A stretch of DNA of 64,000 nucleotides from Alphaproteobacteria bacterium (GTDB lineage: Bacteria; Pseudomonadota; Alphaproteobacteria; Micropepsales; Micropepsaceae): the NCBI GenBank assembly GCA_046348585.1, contig JAXMDZ010000005.1:60244-124243 (forward strand). Reading direction: 5' to 3'. Below are positions 40,297 through 50,092 of the stretch, piece by piece. Made by a program: the position numbers and the translations under genes. Within the stretch, counting starts at the first letter, position 1, and every line of letters begins with the position of its first letter. The notes beneath the pieces are model-generated. The model saw only the letters and a program-made list of their open reading frames with translations. It made no database searches and was not told the DNA's origin.

Positions 40297-40310
40297 TTGC
40301 GTTCGGTCAA
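40297..40310. promoter_or_regulatory. FixK/Fnr-type box
   Basis: TTGC-GTTCGG-TCAA fits TTG(A/C)-N6-(T/G)CAA; lies between divergent genes. Confidence 0.45.
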
Positions 40311-40398
40311 TGCGGCGCGGGGGTTGTGCATAAGCGCCACGCGGCGCTTGCGCCGGACAAGGCGCGGCGGCAAACAGAGGCCCCATAGCGGATCACCC

Positions 40399-40995
40399 AT
40401 GCCCCAGCCCAAAGCCCCGGCGGGCGCCTGGCAGCGAATGCTCTCCGGCCGCCGCCTGAACCTGCTCGATCCCTCGCCCCTCGACATCGAGATCGAGGAC
40501 ATCGCCCACGGCCTCGCCCGGGTGGCGCGCTGGAACGGCCAGACCAAGGGCGCGCACGCCTTTTCGGTCGCCCAGCACTGCATGCTGGTGGAGCGCATCG
40601 CCGTGCAGCTGAAGCCGGGCCTGCCCCGCGAGGCGCGGCTGGCGGCGCTGCTGCACGACGCCCCCGAATACGTGATCGGCGACCTCATCTCGCCGTTCAA
40701 GCGGGCGGTCGGGATCAACTACAAGGATCTGGAGAACCGCCTGCTGGAGGCGATCCATGTCCGCTTCGGGATCGCCCCCAGGACGCCCGAGACGCTGCAC
40801 CGGCTGATCAAGAAGGCCGACACGGCGGCGGCCTATTTCGAGGCGACGCAGCTCGCCGGGTTCGACGCCGCCGAGGCCCGCAAGCTGTTCGGCGAGCCCA
40901 AGGGCGTGCCCAACAAGCGGCTGGAGCCGTGGGGGCCGGTCGAGGCGCAGCAGCGTTTCGTCAAGCGCTTCCACGAGCTGGAGGCGCATCCCTGA
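40399..40995 (+). CDS. HD-domain hydrolase (YfbR-like 5'-nucleotidase family)
   Basis: IEDIAHGL...RWNGQ...SVAQH...LLHDAPEYVIGD. Confidence 0.88.
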   Translation: MPQPKAPAGAWQRMLSGRRLNLLDPSPLDIEIEDIAHGLARVARWNGQTKGAHAFSVAQHCMLVERIAVQLKPGLPREARLAALLHDAPEYVIGDLISPFKRAVGINYKDLENRLLEAIHVRFGIAPRTPETLHRLIKKADTAAAYFEATQLAGFDAAEARKLFGEPKGVPNKRLEPWGPVEAQQRFVKRFHELEAHP

Positions 40996-40996
40996 C

Positions 40997-41527
40997 ATGC
41001 CGCGGATCATGGTCACCCCGCTGTCGCTGGTGGACGAGACGGTCCGCACCCATGGGCCTTCGCATCTGCTGACGCTGCTCGGGCCGGCCTACATGATCGA
41101 CCATCACGGTGCCTTCGCCCCGCCCCGGCATCTGCGCATCCAGGTCAACGACATCGCCGCGCCCATCGCCGGGCAGACCGAGCCGACCGCCGGCCATGTC
41201 GCGCGGGTGCTCGCCTTCGTGGACGACTGGGATCGCAGCGCGCCGATGCTGATCCATTGCTGGGCCGGGATCAGCCGCTCGACCGCCTCGATGTTCATGG
41301 CGTTGTGCAAGCTGAACCCGGAGCGCGACGAGACCGAGATCCTCGCCCGGATGCGCCGTCTCGCGCCGCATATCGCGCCCAACCGGCTGCTCACCGCCCA
41401 TGCCGACGACCTGCTCGGGCGCGGCGGGCGGATGGTCGATGCGCTGGACGCGGTCGGCCCGGCGCGGCCGGCGAGCGAGGGCTATCTGTTCGAACTGCCC
41501 GCCGTGCTCGGCGGCGAGGCGGAGTGA
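40997..41527 (+). CDS. Protein-tyrosine/dual-specificity phosphatase-like protein
   Basis: HCWAGISRS (CX5R) motif. Confidence 0.88.
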   Translation: MPRIMVTPLSLVDETVRTHGPSHLLTLLGPAYMIDHHGAFAPPRHLRIQVNDIAAPIAGQTEPTAGHVARVLAFVDDWDRSAPMLIHCWAGISRSTASMFMALCKLNPERDETEILARMRRLAPHIAPNRLLTAHADDLLGRGGRMVDALDAVGPARPASEGYLFELPAVLGGEAE

Positions 41528-41531
41528 GGCC

Positions 41532-42530
41532 ATGCCCTTCGCCTCGCACAGCCAGGCGGTCGTCATCGGGCTGAACGCCGCGATCGTCGCCATGATCGAC
41601 GGCGAGCCGCATGTGCTGGCGGTGCGCCATGTCGTGCCCGACCCCGCCAAGGGCGTGCGGCCCGAGCGCGACGGCCTGCCCTTCGGCCCGTTCGAGCCGT
41701 TCGAGCACCGCACGCTGGAGACCGGCCTGCGCAGCTGGGTGAAGAATCAGACCGGGCTCGACATGGGCTATGTCGAGCAGCTCTACACGTTCGGCGACCG
41801 CGGCCGCCACGAGGTGAAGCCGGGCGAAGGCCCGCGCGTCGTTTCGGTCGGTTATCTGGCGCTGGTGCGGGCGCATGGCGGGGCGACCGCGCCCGACGCC
41901 GCCTGGCGCGACTGGTACGGCTATTTCCCGTGGGAGGACTGGCGCGCCGCCCGGCCCGCCGCCATCGACGAGGCGATCCTGCCCCGGCTCAAGGCCTGGG
42001 CGGCGCAGGGCGGCGCGGCCCGCGAGGCGCGCTGGGACCGGGCGCGGCTCTGCTTCGGCTTCGACGGGCTGCACTGGGACGAGGAAAAGACGCTGGAGCG
42101 CTACGAGCTGCTCTACGAGGCGGGGCTGGTGGCCGAAGCGCGGATCGACGGGCGCGAGTTCGCGTCCTCCGGCCAGCCGGCGGTCGAGCTGGGCGTGCCG
42201 ATGATCTTCGACCACCGGCGCATTCTCGCCACCGCCATCGGGCGGCTGCGGGGCAAGCTGAAATACCGCCCCGTGGTGTTCGAGCTGATGCCGCCGGAAT
42301 TCACGCTGCTGGAATTGCAGCGCACGGTCGAGGCGATCTCGGGCGCGCAGGTCCACAAACAGAATTTCCGCCGCCTCGTGGAAAGCTCCGGTCTGGTCGA
42401 GGGCACCGGGCGGATGTCGGCGCAGGCCAAGGGCCGTCCGGCGGAGAAGTTCCGCTTCCGCCGCGAGGTGCTGCGCGAGCGTCCGGCGCCGGGGGTCAAG
42501 CTGACCGCGCCGCGCGGGGGCAAGCGATGA
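41532..42530 (+). CDS. nadQ: NadQ/NrtR-like NUDIX-wHTH transcriptional regulator of NAD synthesis
   Basis: Degenerate NUDIX (YVEQLYTFGDRGR), DHRRILATA, FTLLELQ...HKQNFRR...GRPA wHTH; upstream of nadABC with matching boxes. Confidence 0.8.
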   Translation: MPFASHSQAVVIGLNAAIVAMIDGEPHVLAVRHVVPDPAKGVRPERDGLPFGPFEPFEHRTLETGLRSWVKNQTGLDMGYVEQLYTFGDRGRHEVKPGEGPRVVSVGYLALVRAHGGATAPDAAWRDWYGYFPWEDWRAARPAAIDEAILPRLKAWAAQGGAAREARWDRARLCFGFDGLHWDEEKTLERYELLYEAGLVAEARIDGREFASSGQPAVELGVPMIFDHRRILATAIGRLRGKLKYRPVVFELMPPEFTLLELQRTVEAISGAQVHKQNFRRLVESSGLVEGTGRMSAQAKGRPAEKFRFRREVLRERPAPGVKLTAPRGGKR

Positions 42531-43495
42531 TCCGCGCGGTCTTCGGGGCCGTCCGGGGCACGGTCTGCGCGGCGGTCTTCGTCGTCGCGGCGGCCGCCCA
42601 GAGCGAGCCGAAATGGACCGAGAGCGAGGTCGCGCTCGGGAGCGGCGACGCCGCGCTGCACGCCAGCTACATCGCGCCGGGGGCGTGGAAGGCGGAGTTC
42701 GACGCCGTGCTGATCCTGCCCGGTTCGGGACCGACCGACCGGAACGGCAATCAGGCCGGGATGCAGAACGACTCGCTGAAGATGATCGCCCTGGCGCTCG
42801 GCGAGGAAGGGATCGCCAGCCTGCGCATGGACAAGCGCGGGGTCGCCGCCTCGATCCCGGCCATGACGCGCGAGGAGGATCTGCGCTTCGAGACCTATAT
42901 CGAGGACGCACGCGCCTGGCTCGCCTTCCTGAAGGCGCAGGGCGGCGTCCGGCGCGTCTTCGTGATCGGCCATTCGGAAGGCGCGCTGATCGGCGCGGTG
43001 GTGGCGCAGTCGGCGGACGTGGCGGGCTATGTCAGCCTCGCCGGGGTCGGCGAGAAGGCGGCCGACGTGCTGCGCCGCCAGCTCGCCGCCAACAGCCCGC
43101 TCGCCGCCGCGCTCGCCGAACCGACGCTGAAGAAGCTGGAGGCCGGGGAGACCGATCCCGACGTGCCGGAGGCGCTGAAGGCGCTGTTCCGCCCCAGCGT
43201 GCAGCCCTATCTCATCTCGTGGTTCCGCTATGACCCCACGGTCGAGATCGCCAAGATCCCCGGCAAGGTCGCCATCGTGCAGGGCACGACCGACATCCAG
43301 GTGCTGGTGAGCGACGCGGAAAAGCTGCACGCCGCCCGCCCCGACGCCGCCTACACGATCGTCGAAGGCATGAACCATGTGCTGAAGGCCGTTCCGGCCG
43401 ACCGGGCGGCCAATATCGCCGCCTATGGCGACCCCACGCTGCCGCTGGCGCCGGGCCTGACGGCGGCGCTGCTGGGGTTTGTGACAGCCCCTTGA
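42527..43495 (+). CDS. Secreted alpha/beta hydrolase
   Basis: GSGPTDRNGN, GHSEG nucleophile elbow, QGTTDIQV, GMNHVLK. Confidence 0.85.
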   Translation: MIRAVFGAVRGTVCAAVFVVAAAAQSEPKWTESEVALGSGDAALHASYIAPGAWKAEFDAVLILPGSGPTDRNGNQAGMQNDSLKMIALALGEEGIASLRMDKRGVAASIPAMTREEDLRFETYIEDARAWLAFLKAQGGVRRVFVIGHSEGALIGAVVAQSADVAGYVSLAGVGEKAADVLRRQLAANSPLAAALAEPTLKKLEAGETDPDVPEALKALFRPSVQPYLISWFRYDPTVEIAKIPGKVAIVQGTTDIQVLVSDAEKLHAARPDAAYTIVEGMNHVLKAVPADRAANIAAYGDPTLPLAPGLTAALLGFVTAP

Positions 43496-43500
43496 TTTTT

Positions 43501-43584
43501 ATATACTCAGGTCTAGCATAATTCGCAGTCGGCGGTCTTGAACCGCTCTTCTTCGGGTCGTATATATGCTCACGACGAGCATAT
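43501..43584. promoter_or_regulatory. Two NadQ-type operator palindromes upstream of nadA
   Basis: atATACTCaggtcTAGCATAa (43501-43521) and atATGCTCacgacGAGCATAt (43564-43584) vs consensus ttATRCTCannntGAGYATAa. Confidence 0.8.
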
Positions 43585-43600
43585 CTCGGAGGGCAAGGGT

Positions 43601-44626
43601 ATGGAAACGGATCTCACCTTCACGCCTGACGTCGCGCGCGAAACCGCGCCGCTCTACGAGCGCGTCCGCTCAATCATCCCCGAGATCGAATGGCGGATGC
43701 ACGCCCCCTACATCGCCGCCATCAACCGGCTGAAGAAGGAGATGGGCGCGGTCGTCCTCGCCCATAACTACCAGACGCCGGAAATCTTCCACTGCGTCGC
43801 CGACTTCTCGGGCGACTCGCTGCAATTGGCGCGCGAGGCGGCGAAGACCGACGCGAAGATCATCGTGCAGGCCGGCGTCCACTTCATGGCCGAGACCTCG
43901 AAGATCCTCAGCCCCGAAAAGACCGTGCTGATCCCCGATCTCGCGGCCGGCTGCTCGCTCGCCGCCTCGATCACCGGCGAAGACGTGCGCCTGCTGCGCC
44001 AGCGCTTCCCCGGCGTGCCGATCGTCACCTATGTGAACACCTCGGCCGAGGTGAAGGCGGAGAGCGACATCTGCTGCACTTCGTCGAACGCGATGGACGT
44101 GGTGGAGTCGCTGGGCGCGCCGCGCGTCTTCCTGATCCCCGACCAGTATCTCGCCCGCAACGTCGCCAATCGGACGAAGGTCGAGATCCTCACCTGGGCC
44201 GGCTCGTGCGAGGTGCACGAGCGCTTCACCGCCGACGACATCCGCGCCTTCCGCAAGTCGCATCCGGGCGTCGTGGTGCTCGCCCATCCCGAGTGCCCGC
44301 CCGAAGTGGTCGCTGAGGCCGACTTCGCCGGATCGACCAGCGCGATGATCGGCTATGTCGAGGGCAAGCGGCCCAAGCGCGTCGTCATGGTGACGGAGTG
44401 CTCGATGAGCGACAACGTGGCGGCCTCGCTGCCCGACGTCGAGTTCGTGCGGCCGTGCAATCTCTGCCCGCACATGAAGCGGATCACGCTGCCGAAGATC
44501 CTGCACGCGCTGGAGACCATGACGCACGAGGTGACGGTCGATCCCGAGATCGCCGTGCGGGCCCGCGCCGCCGTCGAGGCGATGCTGAAGGTCGGCACGC
44601 CGCGCAGCCGCGCGCAGGCCGCCTGA
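43601..44626 (+). CDS. nadA: Quinolinate synthase A
   Basis: LAHNYQ, GDSL, AGCSLA, YVNTSA, CEVHERF, HPEC, CNLCPHM. Confidence 0.96.
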   Translation: METDLTFTPDVARETAPLYERVRSIIPEIEWRMHAPYIAAINRLKKEMGAVVLAHNYQTPEIFHCVADFSGDSLQLAREAAKTDAKIIVQAGVHFMAETSKILSPEKTVLIPDLAAGCSLAASITGEDVRLLRQRFPGVPIVTYVNTSAEVKAESDICCTSSNAMDVVESLGAPRVFLIPDQYLARNVANRTKVEILTWAGSCEVHERFTADDIRAFRKSHPGVVVLAHPECPPEVVAEADFAGSTSAMIGYVEGKRPKRVVMVTECSMSDNVAASLPDVEFVRPCNLCPHMKRITLPKILHALETMTHEVTVDPEIAVRARAAVEAMLKVGTPRSRAQAA

Positions 44627-44637
44627 AAGGCCATGCC

Positions 44638-46209
44638 ATGACCGACTATGAAGTCATCGACGCGGGGCCTGCCCTCGTCGTCGGGGCGGGGCTCGCCGGG
44701 CTGTTCGCGGCGCTCGCCTTCAAGGTGCGCCCGGTGACGATCCTCGCCGGATCGCCGCTCGGCTCCAACGCCTCGTCGGCCTGGGCGCAGGGCGGCATCG
44801 CCGCCGCGGTCGGCGCCGACGACAGCCCGGCCCTGCACGCCGCCGACACGATCGCGGCGGGCGCGGGGATCGTGGACGAGGCCGTCGCGAAGCTCGTGAC
44901 CGAGGAAGCGGCGGCGCGGATCGAGGATCTGGTGCGGCTCGGCGCGCCGTTCGACCGCGACGCGGCGGGCCGTCTGGTGCTCGGCCGCGAGGCGGCGCAC
45001 GGACGCCGCCGCATCGTGCGCGTGAAGGGCGACCAGGCGGGCGCGGCGATCATGGCGACGCTGGCCGGCGCGGTGAAGGCGCGCGACGACATCCGCGTCA
45101 TCGACGGCTTGCGCGCCACCGGCCTCATCATGGCGGACGGGCGGGCGCGCGGCGTGTGGACGCGCGACGCCGCCGGTCGGCGCGTCGCGGTGGTCGCCGA
45201 CGCCGTGCTGTTTGCGCTGGGCGGCGCGGGCGGGCTCTATGAGGTGACGACCAATCCGGTGACGGCGCGCGGCATCGGCATCGCCATGGCGGCGCGGGCC
45301 GGGGCGGTGATCGCCGATCCCGAATTCGTGCAATTCCATCCGACCGCGCTGGATGTCGGGCGCGACCCCGCGCCGCTCGCCACCGAGGCGCTGCGCGGCG
45401 AAGGCGCGACGCTGCTGAACGACAAGGGCGAGCGCTTCATGCTGGCCGCCCATGCCGACGGCGAACTCGCGCCGCGCGATATCGTGGCGCGCGGCATCTT
45501 CCGCGAGATCAAGGCCGGCCGCCGCGTGCTGCTCGACGCGACGAAGGCGGTGGGCGAGGCCTTCCCCGAACGCTTCCCGACCGTCTATGCGAGCTGCGTC
45601 GCGGCCGGGATCGACCCGCGCGTGCAGCCGATCCCGGTCACCCCGGCGGCGCATTACCACATGGGCGGCATCGCCTCGGACGTTCATGCGCGCTCCACCC
45701 TGCCCGGCCTGTGGGTCGCGGGCGAATGCGCCTCGACCGGCCTGCACGGGGCGAACCGGCTCGCCTCCAACTCGCTGCTGGAAGCGATCGTCTTCGGCGC
45801 GCGGGCGGCCGCCGACATCGACGCGACGCCGCTGGACGGCGGGCGCTTCGACCTGCCGCCCGCCCCGCAGGGCCATTTCGCCGACGATGCCGGGGCGATC
45901 CGTCTGCTGCGCCATACAATGAGCGCGCATGTCGGCGTCGAGCGCGACGCCGGATCGCTGACCGCCGCGCTCGCCGACATCGCGGCGCTGCGCAACGGCG
46001 AGTTCGGCGAGACGGTTTCGGCCGCCGCCGACACGGCGCTGCTGATCGCCAGCGCCGCCTGGGCGCGCACCGAAAGCCGGGGCGGCCATTTCCGCAGCGA
46101 CTTCCCCGAAACCTCGGACGAATGGAAGCGCCGCACCTGCACGACGCTGAACGCAGCCGAGGCGGTCGCCGCCGAGGCGCTGGCCGGCGGCTTCGACCGG
46201 GCCGCATGA
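44638..46209 (+). CDS. nadB: L-aspartate oxidase
   Basis: VGAGLAGL, SAWAQGGIAAA, FVQFHPT, TEALRGEGA, PRDIVAR, HYHMGG, LHGANRLASNSLLE, ESRGGH. Confidence 0.94.
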   Translation: MTDYEVIDAGPALVVGAGLAGLFAALAFKVRPVTILAGSPLGSNASSAWAQGGIAAAVGADDSPALHAADTIAAGAGIVDEAVAKLVTEEAAARIEDLVRLGAPFDRDAAGRLVLGREAAHGRRRIVRVKGDQAGAAIMATLAGAVKARDDIRVIDGLRATGLIMADGRARGVWTRDAAGRRVAVVADAVLFALGGAGGLYEVTTNPVTARGIGIAMAARAGAVIADPEFVQFHPTALDVGRDPAPLATEALRGEGATLLNDKGERFMLAAHADGELAPRDIVARGIFREIKAGRRVLLDATKAVGEAFPERFPTVYASCVAAGIDPRVQPIPVTPAAHYHMGGIASDVHARSTLPGLWVAGECASTGLHGANRLASNSLLEAIVFGARAAADIDATPLDGGRFDLPPAPQGHFADDAGAIRLLRHTMSAHVGVERDAGSLTAALADIAALRNGEFGETVSAAADTALLIASAAWARTESRGGHFRSDFPETSDEWKRRTCTTLNAAEAVAAEALAGGFDRAA

Positions 46210-46216
46210 GGACGAG

Positions 46217-47074
46217 ATGAGCGTGATCCCCCTGCCCGATCTGATGATCGAACCCGCCGTGCGCGCGGCGCTGGCCGAAGACCTCGGCCGGGCGGGCGAC
46301 GTGACGACGGATTCCATCATTCCCGCCGAGGCGCGGGCGCGCGTCGTCATCGGCGCGCGCAAGAGCGGCCGGGTCGCCGGACTCGCCTTCGCGCGCCTCG
46401 CCTTCCGCGCGCTCGACCCCGAGGCGCGCTTCGAGATCGCCATCCCGGACGGCGGCGACGCCGCCCCCGGCGCGGCCATCGCCACCATCGAGGCGCGGAC
46501 GCGGGCGCTGCTGTCGGCGGAGCGCGTGGCGCTCAACTTCGCCGGACGGCTGTCGGGCGTCGCGACGCTGACCGCCGCCTATGTGGCGCGGATCGCCGGC
46601 ACGCGCGCAACCATCGTCGATACCCGCAAGACGACGCCCGGCTGGCGCGCCTTCGAAAAATACGCCGTGCGCTGCGGCGGCGGCGCGAACCACCGCTTCG
46701 GCCTCGACGACGCGGTGCTGATCAAGGACAACCATGTCGCGGCGGCGGGCGGGGTCGCGGAGGCGATCCGCCGCGCCCGCGCCCATGCCGGGCACATGGT
46801 CAAGATCGAGGTCGAGGTCGATACGCTGGCACAGCTGGAAGCCGCGCTGGCCGAGAAGGCCGACATCGTGCTGCTCGACAACATGGTCCCCGCGACGCTC
46901 GCCGAGGCGGTGGCGATCAATGCCGGGCGGGCGATCCTGGAAGCCTCGGGCGGGGTCAATCTGGAGACGGTGCGGGCGATCGCCGAAACCGGGGTCGATC
47001 TCATCTCGGTCGGCGCGCTGACCCACAGCGCGACGGTGCTGGATATCGGGCTGGATTTCGTCGCGGCGCTTTAG
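46217..47074 (+). CDS. nadC: Nicotinate-nucleotide diphosphorylase (carboxylating)
   Basis: EDLG...DVTT, ERVALN, DTRKTTPG, NHRFGL, IKDNH, EVEVD, LLDN, SVGALTH. Confidence 0.96.
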   Translation: MSVIPLPDLMIEPAVRAALAEDLGRAGDVTTDSIIPAEARARVVIGARKSGRVAGLAFARLAFRALDPEARFEIAIPDGGDAAPGAAIATIEARTRALLSAERVALNFAGRLSGVATLTAAYVARIAGTRATIVDTRKTTPGWRAFEKYAVRCGGGANHRFGLDDAVLIKDNHVAAAGGVAEAIRRARAHAGHMVKIEVEVDTLAQLEAALAEKADIVLLDNMVPATLAEAVAINAGRAILEASGGVNLETVRAIAETGVDLISVGALTHSATVLDIGLDFVAAL

Positions 47075-47079
47075 AGGCC

Positions 47080-47127
47080 GTGCGTCCTTCGAGACGGCCG
47101 CTTGTCGCGCCCTCCTCAGGATGAGGA
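47080..47127. repeat. REP-like intergenic repeat, copy 2
   Basis: Shares a 24-nt and a 17-nt exact block with 31276-31321. Confidence 0.85.
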
Positions 47128-47147
47128 GGGGTGGGCAAGCGACGCCG

Positions 47148-47444
47148 CTACCAGCCGCGGCCTTCGTTCTTCATCGTCCAGCCGGGCTTGCCGAGACGGC
47201 GCACGTCGTCCTCGGTCACTTCGGCGAGCGCCTTGTAGAGCTTGAACTTCACCGGCGCGCGCCCCGTTCGCATGAGCGCGATGACGGTCTCCAGCGGCGG
47301 ACAGCCGGGCTGGCCGCAGGCGATCTCCGTCACCATCACGATGTCGTCGTCGGCGGGCAGAAAGCGCGCCTCGGCCCATTCGCGCACCCGCATCTGGGTC
47401 TCGACCGTCTCGGCCAGACCGAAATTGCGCAGCCGCCTCGTCAT
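47148..47444 (-). CDS. Small hypothetical protein (98 aa) with CxxxGCPPxETVI motif
   Basis: Distal part of ORF 47148..49034; ATG overlaps the MFS stop (ATGA); VTEIACGQPGCPPLETVI...FKLYKALAEVT. Confidence 0.7.
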   Translation of the reverse strand: MTRRLRNFGLAETVETQMRVREWAEARFLPADDDIVMVTEIACGQPGCPPLETVIALMRTGRAPVKFKLYKALAEVTEDDVRRLGKPGWTMKNEGRGW

Positions 47445-49123
47445 GCCGGTCTGGCGTCGTCGTCGTGCAGGCTGCGATCCTTGGTTTCCGGCATCAGCAG
47501 CGCACCCACGACGAAGCAGAGCGCCGCCACCGCGATCGGGTACCAGAGGCCGGCGAAGATATCGCCGGTCGCGGTGATGATCGCGAACGAGACGAAGGGC
47601 TGGAAGCCGCCGATCAGGCCGTTCGAGATGTTGTAGGGCAGCGAGAGCGACGTGTAGCGGATGCGCGTCGGGAACAGCTCGACCAGGAAGGCGGCGATCG
47701 GGCCGTAGATCATCGCCGCGATGGTGACGAGCCAGGTGAGGACGGCGATCGCCAGCGGCCAGTTCATCAGGGCCGGATCGGCCTTGGCGGGATAGCCCGC
47801 GGCCGTCAGGTGCGCGCGGATGTCGGCGGCCGGAACATCCGCGCCCTCGATCACGAAGACGGAATCGCCGGGGCCTTCCTCGCGCTCGCTCGGCTCGCCG
47901 CCGACCTTCGCCGGATCGACGCCGGGTATGGTGAGCAGCGTCTGGTCGCCCTCCAGATCGAGCGTCGTGAACTGCACGCCCGCCTTGGAGAGCAGCGCGC
48001 GCACCTTCTGGCAGCCGGTCTTGGGATCGGCGAAAATCACCATGCCGCACGCGGCCGGGTTCGCCTGAAGCGTCACCGGGTTCTTCTCGTTCGCCGCCAT
48101 CAGCGCCGGGTTCACGGCGCGGGCCAGCAAATGGAAGGCCGGCTGGATGGTCGCCGCGCCGAGAAGGCACGCCCCCAGCATCAGCCATTTGCGCCCCACC
48201 CGATCCGATAGCCAGCCGAAGAAGACGACGAGGCCCATGCCGATCAGCAGCGCGAGGGCGAGCAGCAGATAGGTGTCGAGATAGGCGACGCCCAGCACGT
48301 TCTGCATGTAGAGCATCGCGTAGAAATTGGCCGTGTACCAAAGCACGCCCTGGCCGATGCACGCGCCGGCGAAGGCGATCAGCACGATCTTGAGGTTCGC
48401 CCAGTTGCCGAAGCTGTCGCGGATCGGCCGGGCGGAGCCGCGGCCCTCTTCCTTCATGGCGCGGAAGACCGGCGACTCGTTCAGCTTCATGCGGATGTAG
48501 ATCGAGATCGCCAGCAGCACGAGCGAGAGCACGAAGGGAATGCGCCAGCCCCAGGCCTTGAACGCCTCCTCGCCGAGCGAGACGCGGCAGATCGAAACGA
48601 CGGCCAGCGACAGGAACAAGCCGATGGTCGCCGTCGCCTGGATGTAGGAGGTGAAATAGCCGCGCCGGTGCTGCGGCGCGTGCTCGGCGACATAGGTCGC
48701 CGCGCCGCCATACTCGCCGCCGATGGCAAGACCCTGGAGCAGGCGCAGGATCAGCAGCATCGCGGCGGCGGCGATGCCGATGTCGTGGAAGGTCGGCAGG
48801 AAGCCGATACCGGCGGTCGCCACGCCCATCAGCGTGATGGTGACGAGGAAGGTGTATTTGCGCCCGACGAGATCGCCCAGCATCCCGAAGAAGAGCGCGC
48901 CGAAGGGCCGCACGAAGAAGCCTGCGCCGAAGGTCGCAAGGCTGAGCAGGAAGGCGGCTGCCTCGTTTCCGGCCGGGAAGAAGAGCGCGCCCAGTAGCGC
49001 GGCCAGCGTGCCGTAGACGAAGAAATCGTACCATTCGAAGACGGTGCCGATCGACGCCGCGGCGACGACCATGCGCAGTTCGCCCGCCGTCGGCTCGCGT
49101 TCTCCTGCCGTCACGTCACTCAT
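47441..49123 (-). CDS. MFS transporter, metabolite:H+ symporter (MHS) family
   Basis: GTVFEWYDFF, RPFGALFFG..GD..GRK, RLLQGLAIGGEYGGA, ELFPTRIRYTS. Confidence 0.92.
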   Translation of the reverse strand: MSDVTAGEREPTAGELRMVVAAASIGTVFEWYDFFVYGTLAALLGALFFPAGNEAAAFLLSLATFGAGFFVRPFGALFFGMLGDLVGRKYTFLVTITLMGVATAGIGFLPTFHDIGIAAAAMLLILRLLQGLAIGGEYGGAATYVAEHAPQHRRGYFTSYIQATATIGLFLSLAVVSICRVSLGEEAFKAWGWRIPFVLSLVLLAISIYIRMKLNESPVFRAMKEEGRGSARPIRDSFGNWANLKIVLIAFAGACIGQGVLWYTANFYAMLYMQNVLGVAYLDTYLLLALALLIGMGLVVFFGWLSDRVGRKWLMLGACLLGAATIQPAFHLLARAVNPALMAANEKNPVTLQANPAACGMVIFADPKTGCQKVRALLSKAGVQFTTLDLEGDQTLLTIPGVDPAKVGGEPSEREEGPGDSVFVIEGADVPAADIRAHLTAAGYPAKADPALMNWPLAIAVLTWLVTIAAMIYGPIAAFLVELFPTRIRYTSLSLPYNISNGLIGGFQPFVSFAIITATGDIFAGLWYPIAVAALCFVVGALLMPETKDRSLHDDDARPA

Positions 49124-49212
49124 GCGCCGCTCCCCCGCCCCGGACTTTGTTTTGAGCCTCCCGCGTGGTCTATAGCCCACCGGGATTCCTGTCATCGCCG
49201 GAGAGTGGCTGC

Positions 49213-50088
49213 ATGAATGCGGCGCTGCAAGAACTGCTTGAACAGCTCGACCTGGAACAGGTCGAGGTCAATTTCTTCCGCGGCGTCTCGCCGGTGGAGC
49301 GCGAGACGCGCGTCTATGGCGGGCACGTGATGGCGCAGGCCCTGATGGCCGGGCTGCGAACCGTGGGCCTCGACCGGCTCTGCCATTCGTTCCACGCCTA
49401 TTTCCTGCTGGGCGGCGATCCCAAGGCCCCCATCCTCTATGAGGTCGACCGCACCCGCGACGGCGGCAGCTTCACGACGCGGCGCATCGTGGCGATCCAG
49501 CACGGCAAGCCGATCTTCCACATGGAAGCCTCGTTCCATGTCAGCGAGCCGGGCTGGGAGCACCAGTTCGCGATGCCGGACGTGCCGGGACCGGAGACTC
49601 TGCCGACCGAGGACGAATTCCGTAAATCCTATGTCGACCGCCTGCCCGAGCGGATGCGGGCGCAGCATCTGCGCGACCGGCCCATCGAGCAGCGCGAGAT
49701 CGATCCGCCCGACGAGATCGACCCGTCCCCGCGCCCGCCGTTCAAGCACACATGGATCCGCGCCAACGGCGCCCTGCCCGACGATCCGCGCCTGCACCAG
49801 TGCCTGCTCGCCTACGCCTCGGACATGTCGCTGATGGACACGGCCGTGCAGCCGCACGGCATTTCCTGGATGTCGGGCAAGATGATGGGCGCGAGCCTGG
49901 ACCACGCGATGTGGTTCCATCATCCGCTGCGGATCGACGACTGGCTGCTCTACGCCCATGACGCGCCGGTTTCGGCGGGCGGGCGCGGCTTCAATCGCGG
50001 CCTCATCTACACCCGCGCCGGGCAGCTGGTGGCGAGCGTCGTTCAGGAAGGTCTGATGCGGCCGGTGAAGCCGAAGGCGGCGGGCTGA
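49213..50088 (+). CDS. tesB: Acyl-CoA thioesterase II
   Basis: VYGGHVMAQAL, SFHAYFL, RDGGSFTTR, AYASD, SLDHAMWFH. Confidence 0.92.
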   Translation: MNAALQELLEQLDLEQVEVNFFRGVSPVERETRVYGGHVMAQALMAGLRTVGLDRLCHSFHAYFLLGGDPKAPILYEVDRTRDGGSFTTRRIVAIQHGKPIFHMEASFHVSEPGWEHQFAMPDVPGPETLPTEDEFRKSYVDRLPERMRAQHLRDRPIEQREIDPPDEIDPSPRPPFKHTWIRANGALPDDPRLHQCLLAYASDMSLMDTAVQPHGISWMSGKMMGASLDHAMWFHHPLRIDDWLLYAHDAPVSAGGRGFNRGLIYTRAGQLVASVVQEGLMRPVKPKAAG

Positions 50089-50092
50089 GGCG

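Noticed and set aside
47148-49034. 628-aa ORF as one gene
   Set aside because: The first ~530 codons are an alternate frame of the MFS gene; only the last 98 codons look protein-like
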